The translations under genes and the position numbers were made by a program. A stretch of 63,552 bases of DNA, the filler included, from Choristocarpus tenellus KU-1152 (taxonomy: Eukaryota > Protista > Phaeophyceae): assembly GCA_964200185.2 (NCBI GenBank). It is 7 parts of 7 records of this genome, joined end to end, with 100 filler letters (N's around TTAATTAATTAA, not from the genome) between each part and the next. Parts side by side here need not be neighbours in the genome. Positions count along the whole stretch, not along the records: positions 22,769 to 35,266 come from CAXNAD020001816.1; positions 35,367 to 40,535 come from CAXNAD020011635.1; positions 40,636 to 44,874 come from CAXNAD020015540.1; 4 more parts are not named here. The stretch is one strand, 5' to 3'. The number at the start of each line of letters is the position of its first letter. The first letter of the stretch is position 1. Under the pieces are notes generated by a model, which did no database searches, had not been told where the DNA came from, and saw only the letters and a list, made by a program, of their open reading frames with translations. Below are positions 28,501 through 40,688 of this stretch, piece by piece.

Positions 28501-31500
28501 CCCTTAGAACAGGTAGGCATTTCCATTAAATTACAAAATAGGGTCAAGATTCGGGTTAGGGTTAAGGCTAGGGTTAGGTCGATAATAATACAGATTATGA
28601 CATACATGAGAGAAATACACAACCAAGATATTTCTTCTCAACCCTAACCCTAACCCTAACCTTTAGTGCCTGTTCTGCCCTGGTCATATCTGACCGGCAT
28701 GCCACAACAGTCTTCTCTAACGCAGGCCACAGAGGGAGGATCGACCCAGACAGAAGTCCCAAAGAAATTTTTCTAGAACCTCGGTAGTCTGACCCATTGG
28801 TGGAGATGTAAACCTGTTCAGCACATCGGAAACTTTTTGGTAAGGGTTAGTTGATATCAGACGCACCTCTGTAAGCACTGCAAGAAGTTTGTCTGACTTA
28901 GGGTTAGGGGTAAGGGCTATGCATTTTGTGTTTGTTGACTGATTGAGAGATACCATATATCTGTCATCTGTACCAACCGGTTAGAAGCGGTGCTTAGAGC
29001 TAGTACTTAGGGTTAGGGTTAGGGATTTATGGTTAGGGTTGGATGCATCAATATTCTTTACACGCTGCTATTTAGGGGTAGGACTGAACTGAGGTAGATA
29101 CACTCATGGGTACCAGAAGAGTAGAAGAGAAGTCATATCCGGCAAACAAACAACATAACCAAAATCCAAATTGAACTCAATCCCAAGTCTGGCAGTGAGA
29201 ACAGGATCCCACTAGCTCTTGGCACACTGCTCATAATTTGGGGAATTAGGTTACCCTAACCCTAACCCATATACCCAATAGACAAGTATAATTATTGTGG
29301 TATATTAGGTGGGACAAGAGTATGAATGATGTATAGCACAAAACTAACCTCTGGCAACGTAAGGGGTATTATAACTAAATACATATTCTCTGTGGTCGCA
29401 GGAACACAATAGTCATACTGTACCATGGACAAAAAACAAAGTAATCTCCCCTATTTCATATCAAAGCAATAGATTTTCTCCAGGTAAGCAGAGTAGAAAG
29501 TGGACGAGCTTCTCATCTTTTTGAGAAAAACGAGCATAGATTTTTCTATTACCAAAATGACAATATATATTATTATTATTACCAAAATGATAACATGAAA
29601 AAACAAACACAAATAGTGCTACTCCATAAGAGCAACCAGTAACATCCATGATGATGTTGTGGATTGAATAACATCATCATGACTCAATCAATTCCACATC
29701 AAAAATCAAGGTGTTAAAGTATTCAAGTGTTAGGGTTATTTTTTTGTGTTTGTGAGCGTTGAATGCTCTGCTCACTGCGCAATACGGTCCTTGGCAGGTC
29801 ACTTGCTTTTACACCACTACATATTAATTCCAATTGATGTCATTGAAAGTCTTAGGGTTAGGGTTAGGGTCATTGAAAGTCTTCAACCCCGTTACTATCA
29901 ATACCATAGATATAATTGATATTCCCATTTCTTAATAGGTGACATGAAACAAAACCAAAAACAATCAAGGTCACTCGAAGTAGTAAGGAATAAAGCACTC
30001 CATCAAAACCCATCCAGTCCCAAATTCAGCCCCAACCTTAACCCTAACGCAAAAAAAACACACACACACATAAAACAAAAAAATATATAGAACGACACAT
30101 GCCTGAGTCCAAGCCTCCTTGATGATATTCATAGACTGCTCATTGTCTGGGACATTGGTGTACTTGCTCCTGAGATCGAATAAGTCCATTTCCATTGGAG
30201 AAGTGCCAGTATTGGGTCGGGTAATGACCTACAAAACATTAAAAGGAGCCATCATGACATCAAGATCAGTCAAATCAGTGACAATAATAAAATACAAATA
30301 CCTTTGGACAAGTAAGAAAAGAATAATCATCATGACTACGGATACCAGAAAAGTCTAATCCTAACCCTAACCCTGACCATTTGGCAATAGAGTTAAGGTC
30401 AAGATTTATCACACTTTGTAAGTATACTGACCTGATCTAAATTTCTTCTTAGGGTTAGAACATTATCAGAAAAGAGAGGGGAAGGTAAATGGCACTTCAT
30501 ACCAGAAGAAAAATTTAAATTATCAAAGAAAGAAAGAGATGGAATTCAAATACTACTAGCAACAAAGAGGCTCTCACACTGTTGGCAAAAAAATAATGTA
30601 AACAATACTGAAAAAAGAGCACCTTCAATTCAAATTATATTAACAATACTAAAGTATTCAAAATTTGAAGCATGAAGTTTACCTACATAGAGAAGTACAT
30701 CTTACCAAGTCCTAGACATCTCATAAATCTAAACCCCAACCTTTGGCAAAACTTACAAGACCGGGTTGATTACTGACATCACAGAGACAAATTAAAAATT
30801 TACAGAGATACCTGGCAAGTTGACACAACAATTATCAGTCGTGACTATTATTATGACTTTCACACACTATATATGGCCTACATCCACTACAGGACAGTTT
30901 AACCCCAACCCTAACCCTAAGTCACCTAATAGAGTCCACTTGAGATAACAAACCTGAAGCTATATTGATAAAATGAACACAGTTAATAAGACCCTCCAAT
31001 AATAATGTACTAAAAAAAAACGAACTTAGGGAGAGTTTGCGTATTATAATTCCCGGATTTTCTCCTTTCCTTTTTTGAACTCTACACCAGAGTCTAGGTT
31101 AGGGTTAGAGCTAGATTTCTCTCTTAGGAAACCCTGCTTCCAAGCTGCATCTGTGGAGTTGTGTCTTAGTAACTATGATTGTATTAGCCAAGTCAATACA
31201 ATAGCTATAGTCTACAGGTACAGAATATATACTAGCAATGAAGGCTTGCCTGTGCAACTTCCCAAGTGTTGTGCTAGGATTAGGGATATTATTGGCATGA
31301 GGACTGATAGCTCAAGGATACATATATTGTTTGAATTCCATTTCATGTACACTATTTAACAATGACCAAAAATCACCACTACCAAAAAATCAAATAACCA
31401 ACCTTTTAATTTATCTACATTCAGACACACCATTCTCTCATACTGAAAGTATTGTCTACCCTAACCCCAACCCAAACCACTGATGAGAATACAGGTATAC

Positions 31501-34500
31501 CTTACATTTTCAGCAAATGAACTCGTACCATAATACAAAAATAGTTCTAGGGTTAGGAGTAGGGACATGTTCTTTCCGACCCCTTAAAAAAAAATTATTT
31601 CTGGACCAGTTGGTGGTCTACTGCCTACCCCTCCCCCAGATGTCATAATAATACTAAAACATTATAAGATTATTACATCTTTTTTAAATCTTACGACTAT
31701 CTCAAGTAAACAGCGCCGAACTAGGGTTAGGGGTAGGACCAAAGTAAAGGTATTGAAATTGACAGATCTTGACACCTCATCAGACCACCCCTCCAATAAT
31801 ATTGCTAAGATATTGATCTATAACCCTAACCCTAATCCGTAACCCCCATGCAGATTGATATTATCACCCTACTAGTAGTACAAAGCTGTACCCTAGTGCT
31901 AGTAGTACTATACCATGTGAGAGCGGTACAAAGCTGTACCCTAGTGCTAGTAGTACTATACTATGTGAGAGCGGTACAAAGCTGTACTCTAGTACTAGTA
32001 CTGTACCACGTGAGAGTGGTACAAAGCTGCACTCTAATACTATTAGTACTGTACCATGTGAGAGTGGTACAAAGCTGCACTCTAATACTATTAGTACTGT
32101 ACCATGTGAGAGTGGTACAAAGCTGCACTCTAATACTATTAGTACTGTACCATGTGAGAGTGGTACCGAGCTTTCCGAACCGCAAGCAGGACCAGGTTCT
32201 TCTGTGTTGAAATGTCAATAAATGTACTCCGGTAGAAGCCAGTGACCTGGTACCACAGATAGTCAGGAATAGGGCATGAAAACTGTGAGTTAGGGTTAGG
32301 GTTGCTGTGAATAAGTGTCAATTTGATTACTGCTGTCATTTCTGAGTTCACACTGGAAACTCCCCCAGGATAATGTTTATGTATATATCCAAGAACATTT
32401 CCTGTTGTTAGATAAAAATATCGTCAGCAGCACCACAAGTGCAAGAGATTGGCTTTGCTTCAAAACATGATCATTTCTCCTACTACATAATCAAAATATG
32501 TATATATGTATAGATAACAAAAAACAGACAAAAATCCAGAAATTTGATCCATCTACTAGAATAATGTAAATGAAACAGCAAAAATACGGCTAACCCTAAC
32601 CCTAACCCTAACCCATGAATGACAAGATATTCTGGTGTGTACTGGATAAAAAGAAAGATATGGCAATTGAAGAACAACCCTAATCCTAACCCTAAACACA
32701 CCTATTTCCCTCACCATAACTCTAATCCTAACCCTAACCCAATAGTATCACCTTGTCCCCATTGCCAAGCAGTTCCTCCTTCACCACTGGAGCACTATTC
32801 TCATTAACGTGCTCAGTATGATCACCACCATCACCATCATCATCGCCCCTCCCCTCCCCCTTCCCTATTAATAATCCATTTGCAATGGCATCAGGTGCAG
32901 CAGGACTTGTCCCTATCCCAAGTGCTTCAGCCCTCTTAGCCAGAGCTTGATCCCAGCTGACACCTCTGTCCAGCACCACCTGCTAAGTTGTAGAGGGTTA
33001 GGGTTGGGGTTAGGGTTAAGAACTGACCAATACTGAACAGTAGTATAATGCAGATGGATGATTGAAAACAATAATGATAATAACAATAAATACACAACAA
33101 CAAACCCCACCAGACATCACTCTTGTTCATATTAATAATTGGAAGGGATGCCAGGATATGACAAGATATGACATGATATGATAATATATGACAGACAGAT
33201 ATACACAGATATACAAAGGGTTTTGCACAAGTAATTATCCACTGTGGTGGCTAGGTGGTGGTGTCTGACCAGAGTTAGCATTCAAGAGACATCAACAATC
33301 AAACCCCAGGACCATTCCAAAAGTATTGATTACTTAAAGTAGTTGGGAGTCCCAACCCTAATCCTAACCCAATAAATTGGTCATGAGCAGTTTTCTTGTA
33401 ATGCAACTCTGCAAACCCTAACAATCAATCTATCTTGCAGAAGAAAAACCCTGCTTAGTCAATCATTGTACTAGCTACATGTGTACTAGCTACATGTGTA
33501 TGAACTGCTCTCAAATTCTACATCCTGACTGGGATGAGTCTCCATAGCAAAAAACATGCTATCCATACCCGTTGTCACACTATCCATCTACTTCAAAGTC
33601 AGTCCACATTCCAAACCCTAACTCTAACCTCAAACATAAAATAAGAACATCGAAAGCAGACACGAAATCTTAACCCTAACCCTAACCCTAAGAATGGTTA
33701 TCATGTGCCACAGTTCAAAAATAATTATAAAAACACAGATTGTTTGCGCATCTGCTGCTCCCTAATCCTAATCCCTAAATACCAACATTCATAATATCGC
33801 TAATAACACGCCCTAACCCTAGCCCTAACCCCCAAAATCAGACTGTTACAGTTGCAACCAATACTTGAGAAGATATCAGGAATGCACATGAGTCTACTCC
33901 ACACAAACTACAACAAATTCCCTTGGACAAAGTCTGACAACTATCAAGGAGAACGTTAGCATAAAACAAAAGCAACATTGACATGGTATATCTTAGAGGG
34001 ACAACCAGAAAGTCTTCCCTGCTATACTATCAATTCCTATACTATGTATTCCTTATTGAACAATCAAGCATCAATTACTTAATATATTGCTATTGAATGA
34101 TCAAGCCTGTACACCAAACAAGTTGTACCTGACCAATCATACACCAACTTGAAAAAGAGAATCGAATTGGTGATCACTACTGACCAATTTGACCGATCAA
34201 AAGTCAACAACAATTACTCACTATCAACCAAACCAAAACTACACACCTCGCACTACATAGTCAACATCAATTTGCAACTCACCAATCAAAAGCCAACAAC
34301 AGTGTATTCACCTTTCAACAGGTAAACATATGCACACCTTTATCCCTTACTGACTCCCCAACATCAACTTAGGGTTAACCCTAACCCTAACCAGTTTTTT
34401 TCGTCTTGTTTCCAACTTGCCTGGTAAAGTGTAGTGACAGCACCAGTGACTGGATCCCTAATAATCTCCTCTGGAGGAACCTTTAATGACACAGAGCTTG

Positions 34501-34573
34501 CCCTAAGGTCAGCAACACCCTCATCGTAAGTCCCTGCTGCTCTGGCCTCTCCCACAGTAACATCCAACACCTC
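25578..34573 (-). CDS. SBNO: Strawberry notch (SBNO/FORGETTER1-like) protein, C-terminal 7 exons
   Basis: Minus-strand exons 34421-34573 (GTYDEGVADL), 32752-32979 (VVLDRGVSWDQA), 32167-32246 (GFYRS), 30757-30772 (16-nt microexon), 30103-30228 (VITRPNTG), 28661-28813 (LLSGSILPLWPALE), 25578-26102 (VNRVILDDGRKLVGVRVP, then stop). All phases join, and the motifs match the SBNO C-terminal region. Confidence 0.88.
31870..32166. repeat. ~48-bp minisatellite, ~6 copies
   Basis: Unit GTACAAAGCTGCACTCTAATACTATTAGTACTGTACCATGTGAGAGTG. It abuts the SBNO donor at 32166. Confidence 0.92.
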
Positions 34574-35136
34574 CTGAAAAAAATAATGTGGAAGATGATG
34601 AGCCTTTCACTGACATGAAACACGACCCTAACCCTAACCCTAACCCTTGAAAAAAACAAGAATATGAATAGTCTTTGCCAACAGAACCTCTTACCAAAGA
34701 AAAATGCTGTACATCCTGAGTTTATGTTACCTACCAATTTAATTTTTTGGCAACATTTCCTGTGAATAAAGCAGACACATTTTTTATTTCTTATGAGAAA
34801 ATAAAATAATTATCAAGTGACACGATAGAACATGATAGAACCCCCCTAGCTCAACTCTGTTTTAAATTTTTTCAAGGACCATCGCGGAAAGGAATCACAG
34901 TACCCTAACCCTAACACAAAACCATTTACAGACCTCCTGAAGGGCATTCAAAATTCGAGCTATTGATAACTATTGCACTCAATTAGTGTAACATATAATC
35001 AAAATAATTCTAACCCTAACCCTATACCAGTACATTTCCTCTTTCACTTAGTCGTATTCATACTGTAATCAGCCCTAACCCTAACCATATCCCTAAGGAA
35101 TAATAAGAACAGTCCCATCTAAAAAGAATGATTTAA

Positions 35137-35266
35137 GTGATGTATGTGATGATTAGCCAAAGAGCAATGATAATTAAGGTGATGTATGTGATGGATAGCC
35201 AAAGAGCAATGATAATTAAGGTGATGTATGTGATGGATAGCCAAAGAGCAATGATAATTAAGGTGA
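35137..35266. repeat. 42-bp tandem repeat running into contig end
   Basis: GTGATGTATGTGATGGATAGCCAAAGAGCAATGATAATTAAG at 35137, 35179, 35221 and 35263 (partial). Confidence 0.92.
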
Positions 35267-35692
35267 NNNNNNNNNNNNNNNNNNNNNNNNNNNNNNNNNN
35301 NNNNNNNNNNTTAATTAATTAANNNNNNNNNNNNNNNNNNNNNNNNNNNNNNNNNNNNNNNNNNNNGGGGGGAGGGGGGGGTGTTATGGGTGAACACTTG
35401 GGGTTTTGCCTGATACCTCTTCATTTCCAACTACGAGGACGAGAGCATCAAGGTGAACTTTGAGAGGGAACTGATTTGAAAGTATGAGATAGAAAATTCG
35501 CATCTGAGGGATGAGGGCTATTTTGTTGATGGAACTTGGTGTAAGGAGTGATACATATATTCGTCAACCTTGGCAGGGTTAGCGTTGGACGCTCAATGGT
35601 CCATCTAGGAAGTATATAGGAGCAATTTATAGGTCAAACTTACCCTATCATAACTCTTCTGTTTCTACGTCCCCCCTCTTATCTCTTGACAG

Positions 35693-36020
35693 GAAGAAGA
35701 ACAAGCGAAAGCGTGAGGAGGAGGCGGCTGCTGCGGCGGCTGTGGCTGCACGGGAGGAGCGTGCTGTGGGAGACTCTCACTCAGAACACGAGACAGCTGA
35801 AGAGCCAGTGGAGGGAGGGGAGGCAGATGCTTCCCTTGATAATATGCTGACACCGGCCCAGAAAAGGTTTCGGGAGACGCAGCAACGTAGAGAGGCGGCA
35901 CAAATTAAGCAGTTGGTCTCGAAGACCCATCGTGAGCGTGTCGAGGACTTCAATGCCTTGTTAGCCTCTAAAACGGAGCACAATGATATTCCCCGTTGTT
36001 CTGCCGCTGGTAATGGGTAG
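35693..36020 (+). CDS. FAM32A: FAM32A/DUF1754-family small nuclear protein, terminal exon
   Basis: Pyrimidine-rich acceptor CAG ending at 35692. Translation KKNKRKREEE...LTPAQKRFRETQQRR...KTHRERVEDFNALLASKTEHNDIPRCSAAGNG* carries the FAM32A signature (TPA..., KTH..RVE.FN..L....EH.DIP). Confidence 0.88.
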
Positions 36021-39000
36021 TGCGCCATGAGCTTAGCTTGCCTTGGTAACAGAACAATATGGCAGTGCTCTTTCTGTAGGGACCACAGAGAAGACTGAAG
36101 AATCCAGAATCCTACTTTTTGCTGGTACCAAAAGGAGGAATTGTTAGTAGTTGTGAGGACCCGAGAAACAATTTTTGGGCTATGAGCTTGCAGTCTTCAC
36201 TACTTTTTGTGTAGCATAATGCATCGAGCATCTGAGAATGTAGGTTGGAGCATATCTACCTGTTCCTTCTCTTGAACTTGATGAGGGGTCAGGACACCTC
36301 AACGATTAATGACCCGTTTTCTGTGAGGGACCCTTGAAGGACAAAAAGGATATATAAACCTTAGTGATGGGTAAGCAGTCCATCGGGAATGCCTGTTGAC
36401 ACTCAACTTGATCCTGACCGTTACAGGTTTCTGGGTGTTGTTGCCGTATTTCAGGTTTGTGGGTTGGTGTTGTGTGCTGTTGTCGTCAAGAACTAAGAGA
36501 TTTTCGATTTCTGATCAAGCAACCAGAGCCAAGATTGTGTGTGGTGTACGTAGGCTTGCTGCCAATGTGTCTGTCTTAGATGTAATTTTTTTGAGTGGTG
36601 TTTTGCTTCTTGAATACTGCTGCACTTTGGTGCTTGAAACACACACATGTAAAAAGATATTGCACTTCAAGAACTACTAAAAAAGTACTGAATTTTGGGT
36701 TGAGACGCAAGGATCCATCCCCTTTCCACACGGCATAAATGGAAGCTAAATGAAGATCCACACAAGTAGTCACTCTTGTCGCCAAGGGTCACTTCGAGTA
36801 CGTCTCGTCTCATTCTCCTCTCTATCTATCCCAAGAAAAGACTGTTCACTACATCAACAAAGTCCCACCATCACTCCCTTTTCTCACTCCTAGAAGATGC
36901 AGATGTAACCCAAGGAAAAGTAACAACCGCCAAGCACCAGCGTTTTATGTTAGCATTAGGATTTAGTCGGCTTTACGTTCTCACCGAGATGAAATGATTG
37001 ACATTGCATGCATGATTTTTGTACTGTTAGGGGGAAAATTCGTAGCACCGTACCGCTCCATTGAGTGCCGATTTCCAAATAGGCGACAGCAGTAAATTTC
37101 CCGATTATTGGGTGACCTGCCGTTCTGTATGCTTTATTTTTTGTTTTTGTTACACAAACATTTCTCTCTCTACTTTTTTTTTCTGTTCTATGTTTGGCAG
37201 CTTGCGATCGGTCCTGCCAGTTGCGGAAATTCATTCGCGAAAACAAGAGCACTACTCCACGGTAGTTTTCTATGCTTCTCAAACGTGAGGCGTTCACTTG
37301 TGCAGTCTTAAATATTTTTTTATTATTTTCTTGTATCGTTGCTGCTTCGCACTCCTGTTCTTTCAGTGCTCCGACTGCAGATCGAGCTATCGCTGTTCGA
37401 CAACACTACTGAGCTATTCCTGGCAATGTTTTGTACATTTTGGTGCTGATTTGAAAACTGCTATATATATATATATATAATAGTGAGACTCAATGGGGGT
37501 AGTTTGTTGGTAGTGCTAGAGTCCCGTACATACGTGTAAAAGAATCGGCAGATAATTTATTTATTTTTTTAATGTGAGAATGTATAACGCACACACGATA
37601 ACATACTACAACCAGGATAAAAATTGAAAAAAAGACCCTTGAAATAATTCATACATTGGGGACAAAACTTTTCGAGTTGCAGGTTTTAATTACCTGATGG
37701 GGAGAGAGGGGGTTGGTCTTCTGTTTTTCTTTGTGAAAGAGTCTCGAACCTTTTTTTTCTTCTTCAGCACCCTTTTGTGTTGCTGGTACAAAATGGTACA
37801 AGTCACACATCAATAACATACAAATATATATATATATATATATATATTTACATTGTTGTGGGTATTTTATTCTTCACGTTGAGGGCCCCATCCAACAAGA
37901 ACAAAGTATTTCAAAAAATAATACAAGGGAAACGAACCACTGTCAACAATATTTGACGTACAATACATGTTGGAATGTACAGGGCCAATAAAACGCCTTA
38001 CCATGGTATTGATTCCCATTTTCTCCCACAACAAAGTACTACAATAGTAGTTTCGCCGTTGTAATAACAAGATAAGTCACTTGGAGGCAAGCAAACACCG
38101 CTCCTTCCTCCTCACACAGTCAGTGCACACCTACCTCAACAAGGAACATGCTCCTCACGACAAACTCTACACCATCAAACTAACCTCCTCCATCCTTGAT
38201 AAAAAAAACATTGGGGGGGGGAGGAGGTATTTTTCAACTATTACATCTTTTTTTATTATTGAGGTTTAAAAGAAAAATAAACAAAAAAAAGAGGACAGGT
38301 CCTCCTCTCCAATGAGAGAAGAGCATATAAAAATTTGGTTCAAGGTTTAGCAATAATAGAATTATTAATTAGCAAAGGGATGTTCCGCTTTGGGTCACAG
38401 CTTCAAACGGCCTTCAAGGAGATACCAAGAATAATAATCAATCCCACCAACTCACTTGCCACAGCGCACGCAGTCCCCCAGACCATTCTTCATGAAAACC
38501 TCTGAGAACTACTCTCCCAGGTCCTGAATCGACTCCCTTTCAAGTCCCTACTCACTGACAACACTACGCAAGCGGGGGCTATAAATAGGCGGTGTGTGAC
38601 AGACGCTCAAATTTAGGTGACAAAAAACTCAAGGTGGAATCTCTACCAAAACCAAGAGCCTCACAATGTCAAAGATAGCGGTACAGCAGTGTAACTGTAT
38701 TAAAACAAGGAGTTTCCTCTCCCTAATATAGCCAGTCCAGGCCTCGCATTTGTAGACGAACTTTAAACCTCGTTTTCTTTTATCATCCTAATATCCCCTA
38801 GCTCTCTAATGCTGCCGAGGTGAAAGTAGTCAATATTGTGCAGGCGTGTTCGTGTCAGTTGCCCATTCTCATTCCTGCAAGCGCCTTATCAGCTGCCCTG
38901 TCTGCTTTGGTAGGTTCAACTGTCTTGAGCCACTTCAACTCTCTGGACATGGGTAATAGCAATCAGGGAAGGTGGGGGGGGGGTAAAAACTTTAAATACT

Positions 39001-40635
39001 TCAACGAATCATATTTGCACTTTTAGGTGCAACATGTGTAACTGAAGTAGTAGGGTTAGGACTTTTAAGATTCAGCAGTTAACTGGTCTACATCATACAA
39101 AAAAACGTTCTACTACTGACACATTACATCTCACATTCAGGGAAGGGGGGGGAGGGGGACATTGCAACACCAAGAAAGCTGTCTGTACCTACTTCAAAGT
39201 TGAAAAACAAAACAGTCATCATTAAGTCCAAATATCAGTCAGACACTTCAAAGTCTCCCATCATGCGCCACTACACACTTCCCCAAAGGAGCACTTCACA
39301 GGGGGGGAACTTAGAAAAAAAAAGATTATATCAAAATAATTAACACTAGTAAATCCAACATCGGAAATTAAGATCAAAGAGATTTCATAGATTTTATAAA
39401 AAATAACAAGTGAATAATGAAATTTATAAAAATAGTAAACTTCTTGCTGAGCAAACAGCAATATTAGACGTGCGTAGGGCAGGTAGCTCTAAATAAATAA
39501 TGAGTATCAAATTAAATCTTTAAAGTAAATTAAATATAAAATTAAATGCCTCGGATTAATGATTTGCTATTTTGATACCTACCAAAACTTCCACCTCACC
39601 GCCATTACATTATTCTACTATAATGTCCACACTACAGTCCAATCCATGTAGACATGACTGTGGCACAACCCTTACGCTCTAGGGCGCCACGTACTGTAAC
39701 CATACAAAATAAAAAATATAACCACGGATTAAAAACTATGAAGACGTAAAAGCTTAACGAAAACCTACTTCGAATGATGCGATAGAAAGTAGGTGGGTGA
39801 CCCCTTGTCCCAACACAAAACGACATTGGACACGCCTCATTGGTGACAAACAAACAAACAAACAAAAAAGCAAATTTTTCACACCATTTTGGGAACCTGA
39901 AAACCCTTTTCGAAAAAGCAAAGACAGTTTTCTTTTTTTGAAGAATAAAAAAAGAGGTCTGCAATAACGGCCTCAAAACGACGGGTACCGAAACAAAAAC
40001 AAGCGCAAGGTCCTCTCGTGCTCTTTTCCCCTTGACGACTCTTTCGTTATTTCACTCAGGAGGCCCCCACGTGGCAATGCATCAATCGCAATGCTATTTT
40101 TTTTTGTTTTTGACAACAGAACCACGCCTCACAATGTCCATCAGTCAAAGAGCTCTACTGCTTGGCATCTGTCCGTCTGCATCAAAAGGTCACAAAGCAA
40201 AAAAAGAAAATCCTCCTCTTCCTCTTCTAAGTTCCAGTCATATTCGAACCCCCCAATGATGCCACCGTTCGTGTCTACACTTCTTTATACTACACAATTA
40301 CCAACCCGATATCAACTTGCTCAGAAATCAGCGCATACGCTCTACAGCTCTAGGAACAATGTGTATATGCAAAGAGGGCATCAAGCAGCCGTTTGCAATT
40401 GGTGATGTTCACCCTTTGTGAGATAGTGGCTTGAAGTATCTGGGGGGGGGGGGGGGGGGGGGGGGGGTGGGGGGGGGGGGGGGGGGGGAGGGGGCGCGCC
40501 ACGTCCACCCACCACACACAGTCGTGTGCTGTTTTNNNNNNNNNNNNNNNNNNNNNNNNNNNNNNNNNNNNNNNNNNNNTTAATTAATTAANNNNNNNNN
40601 NNNNNNNNNNNNNNNNNNNNNNNNNNNNNNNNNNN

Positions 40636-40688
40636 CAAAATGGACACCCTCGTGTAGACCCCCCCCACCCCCCCAGATACTTTGGGTC
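40636..40688 (-). mobile_element. Subfamily C terminus at contig start
   Basis: CAAAATGGACACCCTCGTGTAGACCCCCCCCACCCCCCCAGATACTTTGGGTC. Confidence 0.7.

Larger units (their letters stand above)
24195..35095. repeat. Cluster of short interstitial telomeric tracts (TTAGGG/CCCTAA)2-4
   Basis: More than 20 tracts in both orientations, e.g. 27042-27064, 28640-28660, 29007-29024, 29852-29869, 32290-32303, 32590-32614, 32995-33018, 33671-33691, 34626-34647. Scattered ones also occur near 45720, 47595, 49841 and 54442. Confidence 0.9.

Noticed and set aside
38577-38590. TATA-like CTATAAATAG
   Set aside because: No downstream gene or paired LTR could be identified.
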